Origin: Alphaproteobacteria bacterium
Lineage (GTDB): Bacteria; Pseudomonadota; Alphaproteobacteria; CALKHQ01
DNA: 64,000 bases
Assembly: GCA_965227515.1 (NCBI GenBank)
Contig: CBDDFZ010000001.1
Location: 3,017,600-3,081,599 of the forward strand
Direction of reading: 5' to 3'
Made by a program: the position numbers and the translations under genes. The notes beneath the pieces were generated by a model, which did no database searches, had not been told where the DNA came from, and saw only the letters and a list, made by a program, of their open reading frames with translations. Every line of letters starts with the position of its first letter. The first letter of the stretch is position 1. Shown piece after piece: positions 49,606 through 60,610 of this stretch.

Positions 49606-50664
49606 CTAGCGCAGCGAGATCGCGCCGTTGCCGACGATCAGGTCGAAGGCCTGCAGCGGCCCGTCGCCGGTTCGCGCCGCGGCGCGCTGCGAGTCGGTCA
49701 GCACCGACACCGGGTTGAACATCACGTTGGTGAAGTCGAGCTGGCCCAGCATGCCCGGGAAGGTGATCTGGTCCCAACGGTCGGACGGATAGACCCAGGC
49801 GTTCAGGGTGAACTGGCCGCTCTGGCAGCCGCTGACGACCCAGAAGTGGGCGTCGGACGGCAGCACCGTGCCCGACGGCACCGGGTTGGAGTTGAAGCCG
49901 CTGGCGGTCAACGTCTCCAGCAGCGAGCGGCGCTCGAACGGCGCCAACCCGTTCAGCGAGCGCTTGCCGTTGATGTGGCTGGAAATCTGGCGCGGGTCGG
50001 AGCCGATGCGCTGTGCGCCACGCACCAGGATGTCGAGCAACGCGGACCCGTCGCCGGCATCCAGCATCTCGTAGACGCGCACGTGCTCGGTGAACTTGGC
50101 GTTGTAGACGAAGCGATAGGTGTCCGGCGTGTTGGCCGAGCAGGCGGTGCGGATGTCATTGCCCGACAGGTACGAGATCCAGTTGTTACCGGAGGAGGTG
50201 GTCGGCGCGGTCGCAGGCGTGGACGGCGGGGTCGGCGCATCGGGCCGGGTGGGCGTCACCGCCACCGCGGTCTCCGTGTTCGGCTGCGCGGCGGCGACGT
50301 CCGGCGTCGCCGAACGGGTCGCCTCGAACTGAAGCGCACCCTGGGTGTCCGCCGTCAAAGTGCCGGTCACCGGCAGGTCGGACTGGGACTGAAACGCCTC
50401 CAGCGCGGCCTTCGTGCGCGGTCCCATCAGGCCATCGGCCGTGCCGGCGTCGAAGCCGAGCTCGTTCAGCCCTTCCTGCGCCGTGCGCAGTGCGTCCCGC
50501 CCTTCGATCTCGGCATTGCCGGTCGGCCCGCCAATCGGCGTGTAGGCCAGCGGCTCGGGCTCCGGAGCGGGTGTTTCAACAACTACTTCGGGCGATCCGC
50601 CGTCACCGCCAACGCAGGCGCCGAGCGCGATCATAGCCATGATTGGCACGATGAATTTTCGCAT
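49606..50664 (-). CDS. lipoprotein with a peptidoglycan-binding (PG_binding_1) domain
   Basis: Lipobox LGAC. LNELGFDAGTADGLMGPRTKAALEAFQ is a PG-binding motif. C-terminal domain of unknown function. I chose the start MRKFIVP. Confidence 0.65.
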   Translation of the reverse strand: MRKFIVPIMAMIALGACVGGDGGSPEVVVETPAPEPEPLAYTPIGGPTGNAEIEGRDALRTAQEGLNELGFDAGTADGLMGPRTKAALEAFQSQSDLPVTGTLTADTQGALQFEATRSATPDVAAAQPNTETAVAVTPTRPDAPTPPSTPATAPTTSSGNNWISYLSGNDIRTACSANTPDTYRFVYNAKFTEHVRVYEMLDAGDGSALLDILVRGAQRIGSDPRQISSHINGKRSLNGLAPFERRSLLETLTASGFNSNPVPSGTVLPSDAHFWVVSGCQSGQFTLNAWVYPSDRWDQITFPGMLGQLDFTNVMFNPVSVLTDSQRAAARTGDGPLQAFDLIVGNGAISLR

Positions 50665-50788
50665 GCGCGGCAATATACTCAGCCGCGATGGCGGCGCAAT
50701 GCTTGCTGTGCTTCTCGGAATGACAATTGCGCCATCGCCGTTCGCGCACGACTTTGTCTTGAAAATCATTAAGTTTCAGGCGATTGAT

Positions 50789-52303
50789 ATGTCCTTTGCG
50801 AGTCGCTTGTCAGCAAAGGTGCCCATGTCTTCAGCACGCTGCCCACGAGGAGGCTGGGATGTTTGGCGCATAAGTGCCTGTATTCCAATCCTCCTCATCG
50901 TCCTCGCGATCATCGTCGCCGCCGGCGCCCAGTCGGCCCAGGCAGCGCCACAGCGCGCTTCGATGGTGGTCGATGCCCAATCGGGCGAGGTCTTGCACGC
51001 GTCCAGCGTCGATGCCCAGGTCCATCCTGCGTCGCTGACCAAGATCATGACGCTCTACATGGTGTTCAAGGCGCTCGACTCGGGCGAGCTCAGGCTCGAC
51101 GACGAGATCGAGATGACGCGCCATGCCGCATCGATGCCGCCTTCGCGTCTGGGCCTGTCGGTCGGGTCCACCATCTCGGTCCACCACGCGATCCTGGCGC
51201 TGGTCACGAAGTCGGCGAACGACGTGGCGGCGGCGGTTGGCGACCGGCTGGGCGGCAGCGAATCGAATTTCGCCCGCGAGATGACGGCGGAGGCGCGGGC
51301 GCTGCGCATGTCGCAGACCGTGTTCGTCAATGCGTCCGGCCTGCCGGACACGCGGCAGGTCACGACGGCGCGCGACATGATCCGGCTCGCCTTCGCCATG
51401 CGGGCGCATTTTCCGCACTACTACCACTACTTCTCGGAGCAGTCGTTCCGGTATGGCGGCGCGACCTACCAGAACCACAATCGGCTGTTGGGCCAGTATC
51501 CCGGCACCGACGGCCTGAAGACCGGCTACATCCGCATGTCCGGCTTCAACCTGGTCGCCACCGTGGAACGCGGCGGTCGGCGGCTGGTCGGCGTGGTGTT
51601 CGGCGGCAGCACCGGTGCGGAACGCGACGCGGAGATGATGCGCCTGTTCGATGCGGCGTTCGCCACCGCATCGACCCTGCCGACGACGCCTGCGATGGCG
51701 CCGGACCGGATGTCGCCCAACCCGTCCATTGCCGAGATCCTCGCCCTCGACCCGCCCGAGGCGGTGCAGATGACGGCCCAGTTGCGGCAGGCCCAGCTGA
51801 TCTCATATGGCCGGCCCGGCGGTATGCAGGCCGTGGAGGCCGGCAGCGCCGACCCGGGCTATGTGGCGGCGCCGCCGACCGCGCCGATCCGGCTGCCGGC
51901 ACCGACCGATATCGCCGAACTGGCGCCGATGCGCGCCTATCTGGAAGCCACCACCATCGAGGATTTGATCATCCGTGCCGATACCCAGGTCGCGTCGACC
52001 GGCGGCAGCGGCAACTGCATATCTTCGTGGGGCATCCAGGTCGGCGCCTTCGGCCGCGCCGAGACCGCCGGCGAGTTCGCCCAGAATACGCGAGCACGGC
52101 TGCTGGCCGACCTCAGCCTGGCGACCGTTGCCGTCGGCGCCTATGACATGGGTGACGTCCGGCTCTATCGTTCGATGCTGTTCGGCCTGGAAGAGGAAAC
52201 CGCCATGCGTGCCTGCGCCGCGCTGAACGCGCAGTCGCTGGAATGCGTGCCGATTCCGCCGGAAAGCAGCACGCTGGAACTGGCCAGCATCCGCTGCCTC
52301 TAG
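50789..52303 (+). CDS. D-alanyl-D-alanine carboxypeptidase (serine type, PBP5/6 family) with a C-terminal SPOR domain
   Basis: SLTK, SAN and KTG active-site motifs. C-terminal WGIQVGAFGRAETAGEF...RLYRSMLFGL is SPOR-like. Confidence 0.85.
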   Translation: MSFASRLSAKVPMSSARCPRGGWDVWRISACIPILLIVLAIIVAAGAQSAQAAPQRASMVVDAQSGEVLHASSVDAQVHPASLTKIMTLYMVFKALDSGELRLDDEIEMTRHAASMPPSRLGLSVGSTISVHHAILALVTKSANDVAAAVGDRLGGSESNFAREMTAEARALRMSQTVFVNASGLPDTRQVTTARDMIRLAFAMRAHFPHYYHYFSEQSFRYGGATYQNHNRLLGQYPGTDGLKTGYIRMSGFNLVATVERGGRRLVGVVFGGSTGAERDAEMMRLFDAAFATASTLPTTPAMAPDRMSPNPSIAEILALDPPEAVQMTAQLRQAQLISYGRPGGMQAVEAGSADPGYVAAPPTAPIRLPAPTDIAELAPMRAYLEATTIEDLIIRADTQVASTGGSGNCISSWGIQVGAFGRAETAGEFAQNTRARLLADLSLATVAVGAYDMGDVRLYRSMLFGLEEETAMRACAALNAQSLECVPIPPESSTLELASIRCL

Positions 52304-52318
52304 GCAATTACGCGGACC

Positions 52319-53950
<1,632 letters not shown>

Positions 53951-53952
53951 GC

Positions 53953-55095
53953 TCAGCGGTCCTTCGGGTCCAGCGCGTCGCGCAGGCCGTCGCCGATGTA
54001 GTTCAGGCAGAACAGGGTGACGCACAGGAACGCCGCCGGGAAGATCAGGATCCACGGCTCGCCCTGGATGGAGTTGGCGCCGTCAGCGATCAGCGTGCCC
54101 CAGCTTGTCAGCGGCTCCTGCACGCCGAGCCCCAGGAAGCTGAGGAAGCTTTCCAGCAGGATGATCTTGGGCACCATCAGCGTCATGTAGATCGCCACCG
54201 GCCCCAGCGTGTTCGGCACGATGTGCCGGCGCAGGATGCCGCCGGTCTTCACCCCCATCGCCTGGGCGGCCTGCACGTACTCCTGGCGCTTGATGCTGAG
54301 GGTCTGGCCGCGCACGATGCGCGCCATGTCCAGCCACTCGATGGCGCCGATGGCGATGAACACCAGCGCGAAATTGCGGCCGAAGAACACCATCAGCAGG
54401 ATGACGAAGAAGATGAACGGCAGGGAGTACAGAATGTCGACCAGCCGCATCATGGCGTTGTCGACCTTGCCGCCCATGTAGCCGGCGATGGCGCCATAGG
54501 TGACGCCGATCAGCAGGCTGACGGCGGTGGCCAGCAGTCCGATCAAGAGCGAGATCTGGCCGCCGATGAACACGCGGGTCATCAGGTCGCGGCCGTTGGA
54601 TTCCGTGCCGAACAGGAAATAGTACTGCACCACGTTCGCCCGCGCGGTGCCGCGGGTCGGATCGCCCGGGTCGATCTCGATCGCCGCGTTGGAGAACACG
54701 TCGACCCGGTCCAGATAGCGCGACAGCCGGGGATCGATCTCCTCCTCGCTGGTGAGGGTGACAACGATGACCCCGCCGTCGATTTCGAAACCCTCGATGG
54801 TCACGCCCGAGCGGCGGAACGCGCGGTCCAGAATCTCAGCGATCTGCTCGTCGGCCGGGTAGGGGCTCAGGCTCGGCGGCACCTTGACGAAGTCCTGGTA
54901 GCCCTCGTCGTAGTCGTGACCGCCGACCATGGGGCCGAAGACGCACACGATGGCGACCAGGCCGAGCACGACGAAGCTGGTCATCGCCGCCTTGTTGGCC
55001 CGCAGCCGCGCCCAGGCGTCGCGCCACAGGCTGCGGCCGCGCACCAATTGGGCAGCGTCGGTCGGGGGCACGCGATCCGCGTCGACGGTCGTCAT
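53953..55095 (-). CDS. ABC transporter permease (DppC/OppC-like, with an extended periplasmic loop)
   Basis: Binding-protein-dependent permease fold. 380 aa. Confidence 0.85.
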   Translation of the reverse strand: MTTVDADRVPPTDAAQLVRGRSLWRDAWARLRANKAAMTSFVVLGLVAIVCVFGPMVGGHDYDEGYQDFVKVPPSLSPYPADEQIAEILDRAFRRSGVTIEGFEIDGGVIVVTLTSEEEIDPRLSRYLDRVDVFSNAAIEIDPGDPTRGTARANVVQYYFLFGTESNGRDLMTRVFIGGQISLLIGLLATAVSLLIGVTYGAIAGYMGGKVDNAMMRLVDILYSLPFIFFVILLMVFFGRNFALVFIAIGAIEWLDMARIVRGQTLSIKRQEYVQAAQAMGVKTGGILRRHIVPNTLGPVAIYMTLMVPKIILLESFLSFLGLGVQEPLTSWGTLIADGANSIQGEPWILIFPAAFLCVTLFCLNYIGDGLRDALDPKDR

Positions 55096-55107
55096 CGGTG
55101 CGGCCGG

Positions 55108-56031
55108 CTATTCATAGCGCACCTTCGGGTCGAGCAGGCTGTAGAGCAGGTCGATCACCAGGTTGAAGACGACGATGAAGGTGGCGACCAGGATGACCGT
55201 ACCCATCACCAGGGTGTAGTCGCGGTTCAGCGCACCCTGCACGAAGTAGCGGCCGACGCCCGGCATGCCGAAGATCTGCTCGATCACCACCGAGCCGGTC
55301 AGCAGCGCCGCCGCCGCCGGCCCCAGGTACGAGGCGACAGGCAGCAGGGCGCCGCGCAGGGCGTGGACGACGACCACCACATGGCCGGGCAGGCCATAGG
55401 CGCGCGCCGTGCGCACGTGGTTGGAGCGCAGCGCTTCCAGCATAGAGCCCCGCGTCAGCCGCGCGATCACCGCGATCTGCAGCAGCGACAGCGTTACGAT
55501 CGGCAGCACCTTGTACTGGAATGCACCTTCGCCCCAGCCGCCGGCCGGCAGCACGTCCAGGTAGAGCGCGAAGACCAGAGAGAAGATCGGCGCCAGCACG
55601 AAGTTGGGCACCGTCACGCCGACCATGGCGATGCCCATGATCGAATAGTCGGCGGCCCGGTTCTGGTTCAGTGCCGCGATGGTGCCGGCGGGAATGCCGA
55701 TCATCAGCGCCAGCAGGAGGGCCGATGCGCCAAGCTCGATGGAGACCGGCAGCCCGTCCATCAGCAACTCGGCCACGGTGTGGTCGCGATAGACGAAGCT
55801 GGGACCGAAATCGCCCTGGGCTAGGTTCTGCAGATAGTAGAGGTATTGCATCACCAGCGAATCGTTCAGGTGATACATCTCCTCCAGCGCGTCGATGGTC
55901 GACTGGGGCAGGGGGCGCTCCAGGTCGAACGGCCCGCCGGGCGCCACCCGGATCAGGAAGAACGTGATCGTCACGATCACGAACAGCGTCGGGATCGCGA
56001 TCAGCAGCCGGCGGATGAAATAGGTGAACAT
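55108..56031 (-). CDS. ABC transporter permease (DppB/OppB-like)
   Basis: N-terminal MFTYFIRRLLIAIPTLFVIVTITF is the typical DppB start. Confidence 0.88.
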   Translation of the reverse strand: MFTYFIRRLLIAIPTLFVIVTITFFLIRVAPGGPFDLERPLPQSTIDALEEMYHLNDSLVMQYLYYLQNLAQGDFGPSFVYRDHTVAELLMDGLPVSIELGASALLLALMIGIPAGTIAALNQNRAADYSIMGIAMVGVTVPNFVLAPIFSLVFALYLDVLPAGGWGEGAFQYKVLPIVTLSLLQIAVIARLTRGSMLEALRSNHVRTARAYGLPGHVVVVVHALRGALLPVASYLGPAAAALLTGSVVIEQIFGMPGVGRYFVQGALNRDYTLVMGTVILVATFIVVFNLVIDLLYSLLDPKVRYE

Positions 56032-56134
56032 CGCTAGCGGCTATCCGCTGGAATTGCCGTCGCCGCCGCATCCAACACGATTGCCGCTCTCGGGCCCGTG
56101 CCTGCGAGATTCGCACGTCTCGCCAAGACTTCAT

Positions 56135-56175
56135 CGTCATCCTCGCCCTCGTGGCGAGGATCCATGTGTGTCCAG
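56135..56175. repeat. repeat family 2 (second copy), inside the SBP-permease intergenic gap
   Basis: CGTCATCCTCGCCCTCGTGGCGAGGATCCATGTGTGTCCAG. Compare with 27535-27572. A related hairpin GTCCTCGGC-ACAA-GGCCGAGGAC lies at ~56287-56310. Confidence 0.8.
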
Positions 56176-56479
56176 AATTTCAATGCTATGTGTGATTCGC
56201 GCCAGCCAGGGGCAGTGGGCAGACCGGCACCGGGACGCGCAGGCATCGCGCACACCAAGCTCGTTTCCGGGCCTTGCACGGAAATGGGTCCTCGGCACAA
56301 GGCCGAGGACGACAATGTTTCTTCGTGGCTGGGATCGAGCAACCCAACGTCACAGCCATGCCCGCGAACCGCGGTCGTCCGACTGACGGTTACGACCGTT
56401 TCGGGCAGGTCGTTGCTCATGGCACGGCAGGCGGACCGGGCACGTCGATTGTGCCGCGGCCCGCCAATGCCCGTCGCCG

Positions 56480-58075
56480 TTATTCGGTGATGCTCATGAA
56501 CCTGGACGGGTGGACGTTCTGAATGTTGTCCTCCCAGCCGTGCAGGTTGGTCGACACCAGGTTGGTCGACGCATAGTAGAGCAGCGGAATGAACGGCAGG
56601 TCACGCATGAACAGCTCTTCTGCCTGGAAGAGGATGTCCGCGCGCTCCTTCAGGTCGACGGTCGCCGCCGCCTGGTCCATCAGGGCATCGTATTCGGCGT
56701 TGTTGTAGTTGGCGTAGTTGAACCCGTCATTGTCGCTCTCGACCATGAACAGGAAGTTCTGCGGGTCGGAGTAGTCGCCGATCCAGGCGGCGCGGGCGAC
56801 GTCGAAGTCGCCGCCGTCGCGCAGATGGGCATAGTGGGTGGCGACGTCGGAGTTCAGCAGCGAGGTCTCGACGCCCAGCGGGGCCCACATATCGGCGATC
56901 GCCACCGCCACTTTCTGGTGGTTCTCCGACGTGTTGAAGCGGATCTCGATCGTCAGCGGGTTCTCGGGCCCGAAGCCGGCGTCGGTCAGAAGCTGCAATG
57001 CCTCGTCCTCGCGGTCCAGCATCGACATGTCCTTGTAGTCGGCATAGGCCGGCTCGCCATAATTGCCGATGCCCGGCGGCACGAACGAGTACGCCGGCAG
57101 GAAGGCGCCGCCCATGATCTCCTCGCCCAGGAAGTCGCGGTCGATCGCCAGCGACAGCGCGCGACGGATGTTGATGTCGTCCAGCGGCGGCTTGTCCATC
57201 TTCACGGCGTAATAGTAGGTGCCCAGGTACGGGGCGGCCCGGAATTCGTCGGGCATGTTCTCGGTCATCCAGGGGATCTGCTCGAACGGCACGTCGTTGT
57301 TGCTGTGCAGCTCGCCGGCCTGGAAGCGGCGCAGCGCGGCCGAGCGATCCTCGGTCGGGTAGAAGTAGACCACGTCGATGGCCACATTGGCCGCGTCGTG
57401 GAAGTTCGGGTTCTTCACCACCCGGATGTGACCGTTGATGACCACCTCGTCCAGCATGTAGGCGCCGTTCGACACCATGTTGCCGGGCTGCACGAAGTCG
57501 TCGCCATACTGCTCGACCGAGCCCGGATGCACCGGCAAGCCGGTCTGGTGGGTCAGCAGTTCCAGGAAGTACGGGGTCGCAGCCTCAAGCGTGATCTCCA
57601 GCGTCGCGTCGTCGACCGCGACCGCGCCCAGTTCGCTCGGGTCCATCTCGCCGGTGTTCACCGCCTCGGCGTTGAGGATCGGGTAGAGGATGTTGGCGTA
57701 TTCCGCGCCGGTCGCCGGGTTCAGGATGCGCTGCAGCGAATACACGAAGTCGCCGGCCACCACCGGGTCGCCGTTCGACCACTTCGCGTCGCCGCGGAAA
57801 TGGAACGTGTAGACCGTGCCGTCCTCGTTCAGCTCCCAGCTTTCGGCGACGCCCGGGATGACATTGGCGCCGGCATCGTAGACCACCAGGCCCTCGTACA
57901 GGTCGCGCAGGATGTGCGCCTCGTAGACGGTGGACGTGCGGTGCTGGTCGAGCGTCTCCGGCTCACCGGTATTGCCCCGGTGATAGACGACCTCGGCGAA
58001 GGCCGACGTTGCCGCATACGACGCGCCCAGCGCGACGGCGGCGGCCAACCCCAAGGTGCGGAGTGTGTCCCTCAT
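56480..58075 (-). CDS. ABC transporter substrate-binding protein, family 5 (peptide/nickel)
   Basis: Signal peptide (…AATSAFAE). 531 aa SBP_bac_5 fold. Confidence 0.85.
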   Translation of the reverse strand: MRDTLRTLGLAAAVALGASYAATSAFAEVVYHRGNTGEPETLDQHRTSTVYEAHILRDLYEGLVVYDAGANVIPGVAESWELNEDGTVYTFHFRGDAKWSNGDPVVAGDFVYSLQRILNPATGAEYANILYPILNAEAVNTGEMDPSELGAVAVDDATLEITLEAATPYFLELLTHQTGLPVHPGSVEQYGDDFVQPGNMVSNGAYMLDEVVINGHIRVVKNPNFHDAANVAIDVVYFYPTEDRSAALRRFQAGELHSNNDVPFEQIPWMTENMPDEFRAAPYLGTYYYAVKMDKPPLDDINIRRALSLAIDRDFLGEEIMGGAFLPAYSFVPPGIGNYGEPAYADYKDMSMLDREDEALQLLTDAGFGPENPLTIEIRFNTSENHQKVAVAIADMWAPLGVETSLLNSDVATHYAHLRDGGDFDVARAAWIGDYSDPQNFLFMVESDNDGFNYANYNNAEYDALMDQAAATVDLKERADILFQAEELFMRDLPFIPLLYYASTNLVSTNLHGWEDNIQNVHPSRFMSITE

Positions 58076-58226
58076 GTGAACCTCCATGACGTGGGCCCCG
58101 TGGATGGGGCATTGCTCTGTCGATCCGGCCCAACCGGATCGCGGAGATTGGCGTCATGTTAGGGTGACCTCCGCATGCAGGCCAAGCGAATTACTGTGAA
58201 TGACCCTTGTAACGCGGCCCGAATTC

Positions 58227-58889
58227 TCACCCCCGCCGAAGATGGCCCAGCAGCCGCCACGAGCGCCGCGCGACGGTGATGGCGGTGCCGGCGGCGATGA
58301 CCCAGAGGGCGATTTCCAACACCGGCATGCCGATGGCGTCCGCGCCCCACAGCGGCTCGAACAGCGCAATCAAGGCACCCAGCGTGACCGTGAACATGCG
58401 GTGCGGCTTGGCCATCGGGCCGCAGAAATCGGGCTTGGCGCCTTCCGCCCGCCCGAGCTCGCGCACGTAGGCGGTCAGCACCGCCAGCATCGCCGTGGCC
58501 CAGCCCAGTTCCGCCGCGCCGGCGCCATAGCCGACGCCGACCAGGATGGCAGCGTCCGACAGCCGGTCCGGCATCTCGTTCCAGAACGCACCGTCGGGCG
58601 ATTGCTTGCCGCCCTCCACCGCGACCATGCCGTCGATCAGGTTGCAGAGCAGCCGCACCTGGCAGAACAGGGCGCCCGTCAGCAGCAGCACGACGCGCAA
58701 CGCACCTTCGCTGGTGCCCGTCAGCCAGAACGCCCCGCCCGACAGGATCGCCGCCGCCAGCCCGAATTGGGAGATCTGGTTGGGGGTGACGGCCGTTGCC
58801 GCCAGCCGGCGCGACAGGGCGCGTGCCCATCCGGTGTCGCGGCTGGCCAGCGGGCGGCGGTTGGCCGGTCCATTGCTCGGTTCTGTCAT
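58227..58889 (-). CDS. CDP-alcohol phosphatidyltransferase family protein
   Basis: 220-aa polytopic membrane protein with DG..A...GG....DG.......D....D spacing (NLIDGMVAVEGGKQSPDGAFWNEMPDRLSDA). ATGA overlap with cdsA. Confidence 0.7.
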   Translation of the reverse strand: MTEPSNGPANRRPLASRDTGWARALSRRLAATAVTPNQISQFGLAAAILSGGAFWLTGTSEGALRVVLLLTGALFCQVRLLCNLIDGMVAVEGGKQSPDGAFWNEMPDRLSDAAILVGVGYGAGAAELGWATAMLAVLTAYVRELGRAEGAKPDFCGPMAKPHRMFTVTLGALIALFEPLWGADAIGMPVLEIALWVIAAGTAITVARRSWRLLGHLRRG

Positions 58890-59836
58890 GCGACCGACCA
58901 CCAGAAGCGCACGAGGTGGAAGAAGATCGGGGCGGAGAAGACCAGGGAGTCGATACGGTCGATGATGCCGCCATGGCCTGCGATCAGGTGGCCCCAGTCC
59001 TTGACCCCGCGGTCTCGCTTGATCGCCGACATGACCAGCCCGCCGAAGAACCCCATCAGCGCCGCCACCAGCGCCAGCGCGCCGGCCTCCACGACGGAGA
59101 ACGGCGTGATCCACCACAGGGCGGCGCCCGCGGCGGCCGCGCTCAGCACCCCGCCGATCAGCCCCTCCCAGGTCTTGGACGGCGACAGCGATGGCGCCAC
59201 CTTGTGCCGGCCGAACAGCTTGCCCCACACATACTGCATCACGTCGCTGAACTGGACGACCACGATCAGGAACGCGATCAGCAGCATCTCGCGCCCCTCG
59301 TAGCCCGGTATGCGCAGCGCCAGCAGGGAGGGGAGGTGGGACACGCAATAGACGCTGATCATCACCGCCCACTGGGCCTCGGTTATGCGGTCCAGGAAAT
59401 TGTCGGTCTCGCCGCGCACCACCGCCACGATCGGCATCAGCAGGAAGGCGTAGACGGGGATGAAGATGGCGAAGAACTGGTACCAGTCGATCCAGACCAG
59501 CCAGTAGTTGAACGGCAGCACGATGAAGAACGCGCCGGCCAGCGCCATGTGGTCCGCCTGCGCGGTGCGGGCCAGGGTCACGAACTCGCGCAAGGCCGCG
59601 AACGAGACGATGATGAACAGGATCATGATGCCCGGCCGCCCGGCCCAGAAAGCGATGCCGAGCAGGATGACCATCACCCACCACGCCCTGATGCGCGCGT
59701 TCAGGTTCTCCACGGTCACGTTGGTGCGGTCGCGCGAGAACCGCCACTGCATCGCCATGCCGATCGCCGTCGCCACCACCAGGATGCCGCCTATAATGGC
59801 AAGCAACAGCAGCAGGTCGTCGTGCGCCGGGCTCAT
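58886..59836 (-). CDS. cdsA: phosphatidate cytidylyltransferase
   Basis: CTP_transf_1 signature SPSKTWEGLIGG...IKRDRGVKDWGHLIAGHGGIIDRIDS. Confidence 0.88.
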   Translation of the reverse strand: MSPAHDDLLLLLAIIGGILVVATAIGMAMQWRFSRDRTNVTVENLNARIRAWWVMVILLGIAFWAGRPGIMILFIIVSFAALREFVTLARTAQADHMALAGAFFIVLPFNYWLVWIDWYQFFAIFIPVYAFLLMPIVAVVRGETDNFLDRITEAQWAVMISVYCVSHLPSLLALRIPGYEGREMLLIAFLIVVVQFSDVMQYVWGKLFGRHKVAPSLSPSKTWEGLIGGVLSAAAAGAALWWITPFSVVEAGALALVAALMGFFGGLVMSAIKRDRGVKDWGHLIAGHGGIIDRIDSLVFSAPIFFHLVRFWWSVA

Positions 59837-60480
59837 GCCGCTGCCGCTGCCGCCTGCGGCCGCGCGGCCAGCGCCAGCAGGGCCTGTTCGGCGCGGGCGG
59901 TAAACGCCTGCTTGTCCTCGTCATCTGCGATGCGGATCGCGGCACCGAAGGTGACGGTGCAGATCAGCGGCAACGGGATGACCTCACCCTTCGGCAGCAC
60001 CCGGTTCAGATTGTCGATCCAGACCGGCACCAGGTCGACCTCCGGGCGCGCCTTGGCCAGGTGGTAGAGCCCGGCCTTGAACGGCAAGAGCGCCTTCTTC
60101 GAGGTGTTGCGGGTGCCTTCGGGAAACAGGATCAGCGAGGCGCCGTCGTCCAATGCGGCGCTCATCGCCCGGATCGGATGGCGCTCCCCGGTGACCTTCT
60201 CGCGGTCGATCAGCACCGAGCGGAACACCCGCTCGCCGATGAAGCGGCGGATCGCCGAGCTGTGCCAATAGTCCCGCGCCGCCACCGGGCGCGCGGTGCG
60301 GCGCAACGCTGGCGGCATCACCGACCAGATCAGCACGAAGTCGCCGTGACTGGCATGATTGGCGAAGTAGATCCGCTGCCGGGCCATCGGCTCGATGCCC
60401 TGCCAGATTGCCCGTGCCGCGGTGATGGCGCGGGCAAACAGGATGATGGCATTGGCGACGATGCTGGCGAAGAAAGTCAT
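59833..60480 (-). CDS. lysophospholipid acyltransferase (PlsC/LPLAT family)
   Basis: HASHGDF (HxxxxD) and FPEGTR motifs. I chose start MTFFASIV over the track's 60624. 4-nt overlap with cdsA. Confidence 0.75.
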   Translation of the reverse strand: MTFFASIVANAIILFARAITAARAIWQGIEPMARQRIYFANHASHGDFVLIWSVMPPALRRTARPVAARDYWHSSAIRRFIGERVFRSVLIDREKVTGERHPIRAMSAALDDGASLILFPEGTRNTSKKALLPFKAGLYHLAKARPEVDLVPVWIDNLNRVLPKGEVIPLPLICTVTFGAAIRIADDEDKQAFTARAEQALLALAARPQAAAAAA

Positions 60481-60610
60481 GCACCCCCCCGCGGGGCATT
60501 GGCGACAAGGCCCCTCATGGTTTGGTAGGGGCAAATCGGTGCTGCCGTCCAGTGCGATGCTGCCGCCGCCGAGTTGACAACCGGCGTGCCGGCATTGCCA
60601 TGTGCCGGCC

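Noticed and set aside
56510-58162. 550-aa plus-strand ORF antisense to the peptide SBP gene
   Set aside because: Antisense artefact.
58227-59945. Single 572-aa minus-strand ORF covering 58227-59945
   Set aside because: It is a read-through of another frame. The region is better explained by two overlapping genes (CDP-alcohol transferase 58227-58889 and cdsA 58886-59836) with clear family motifs.
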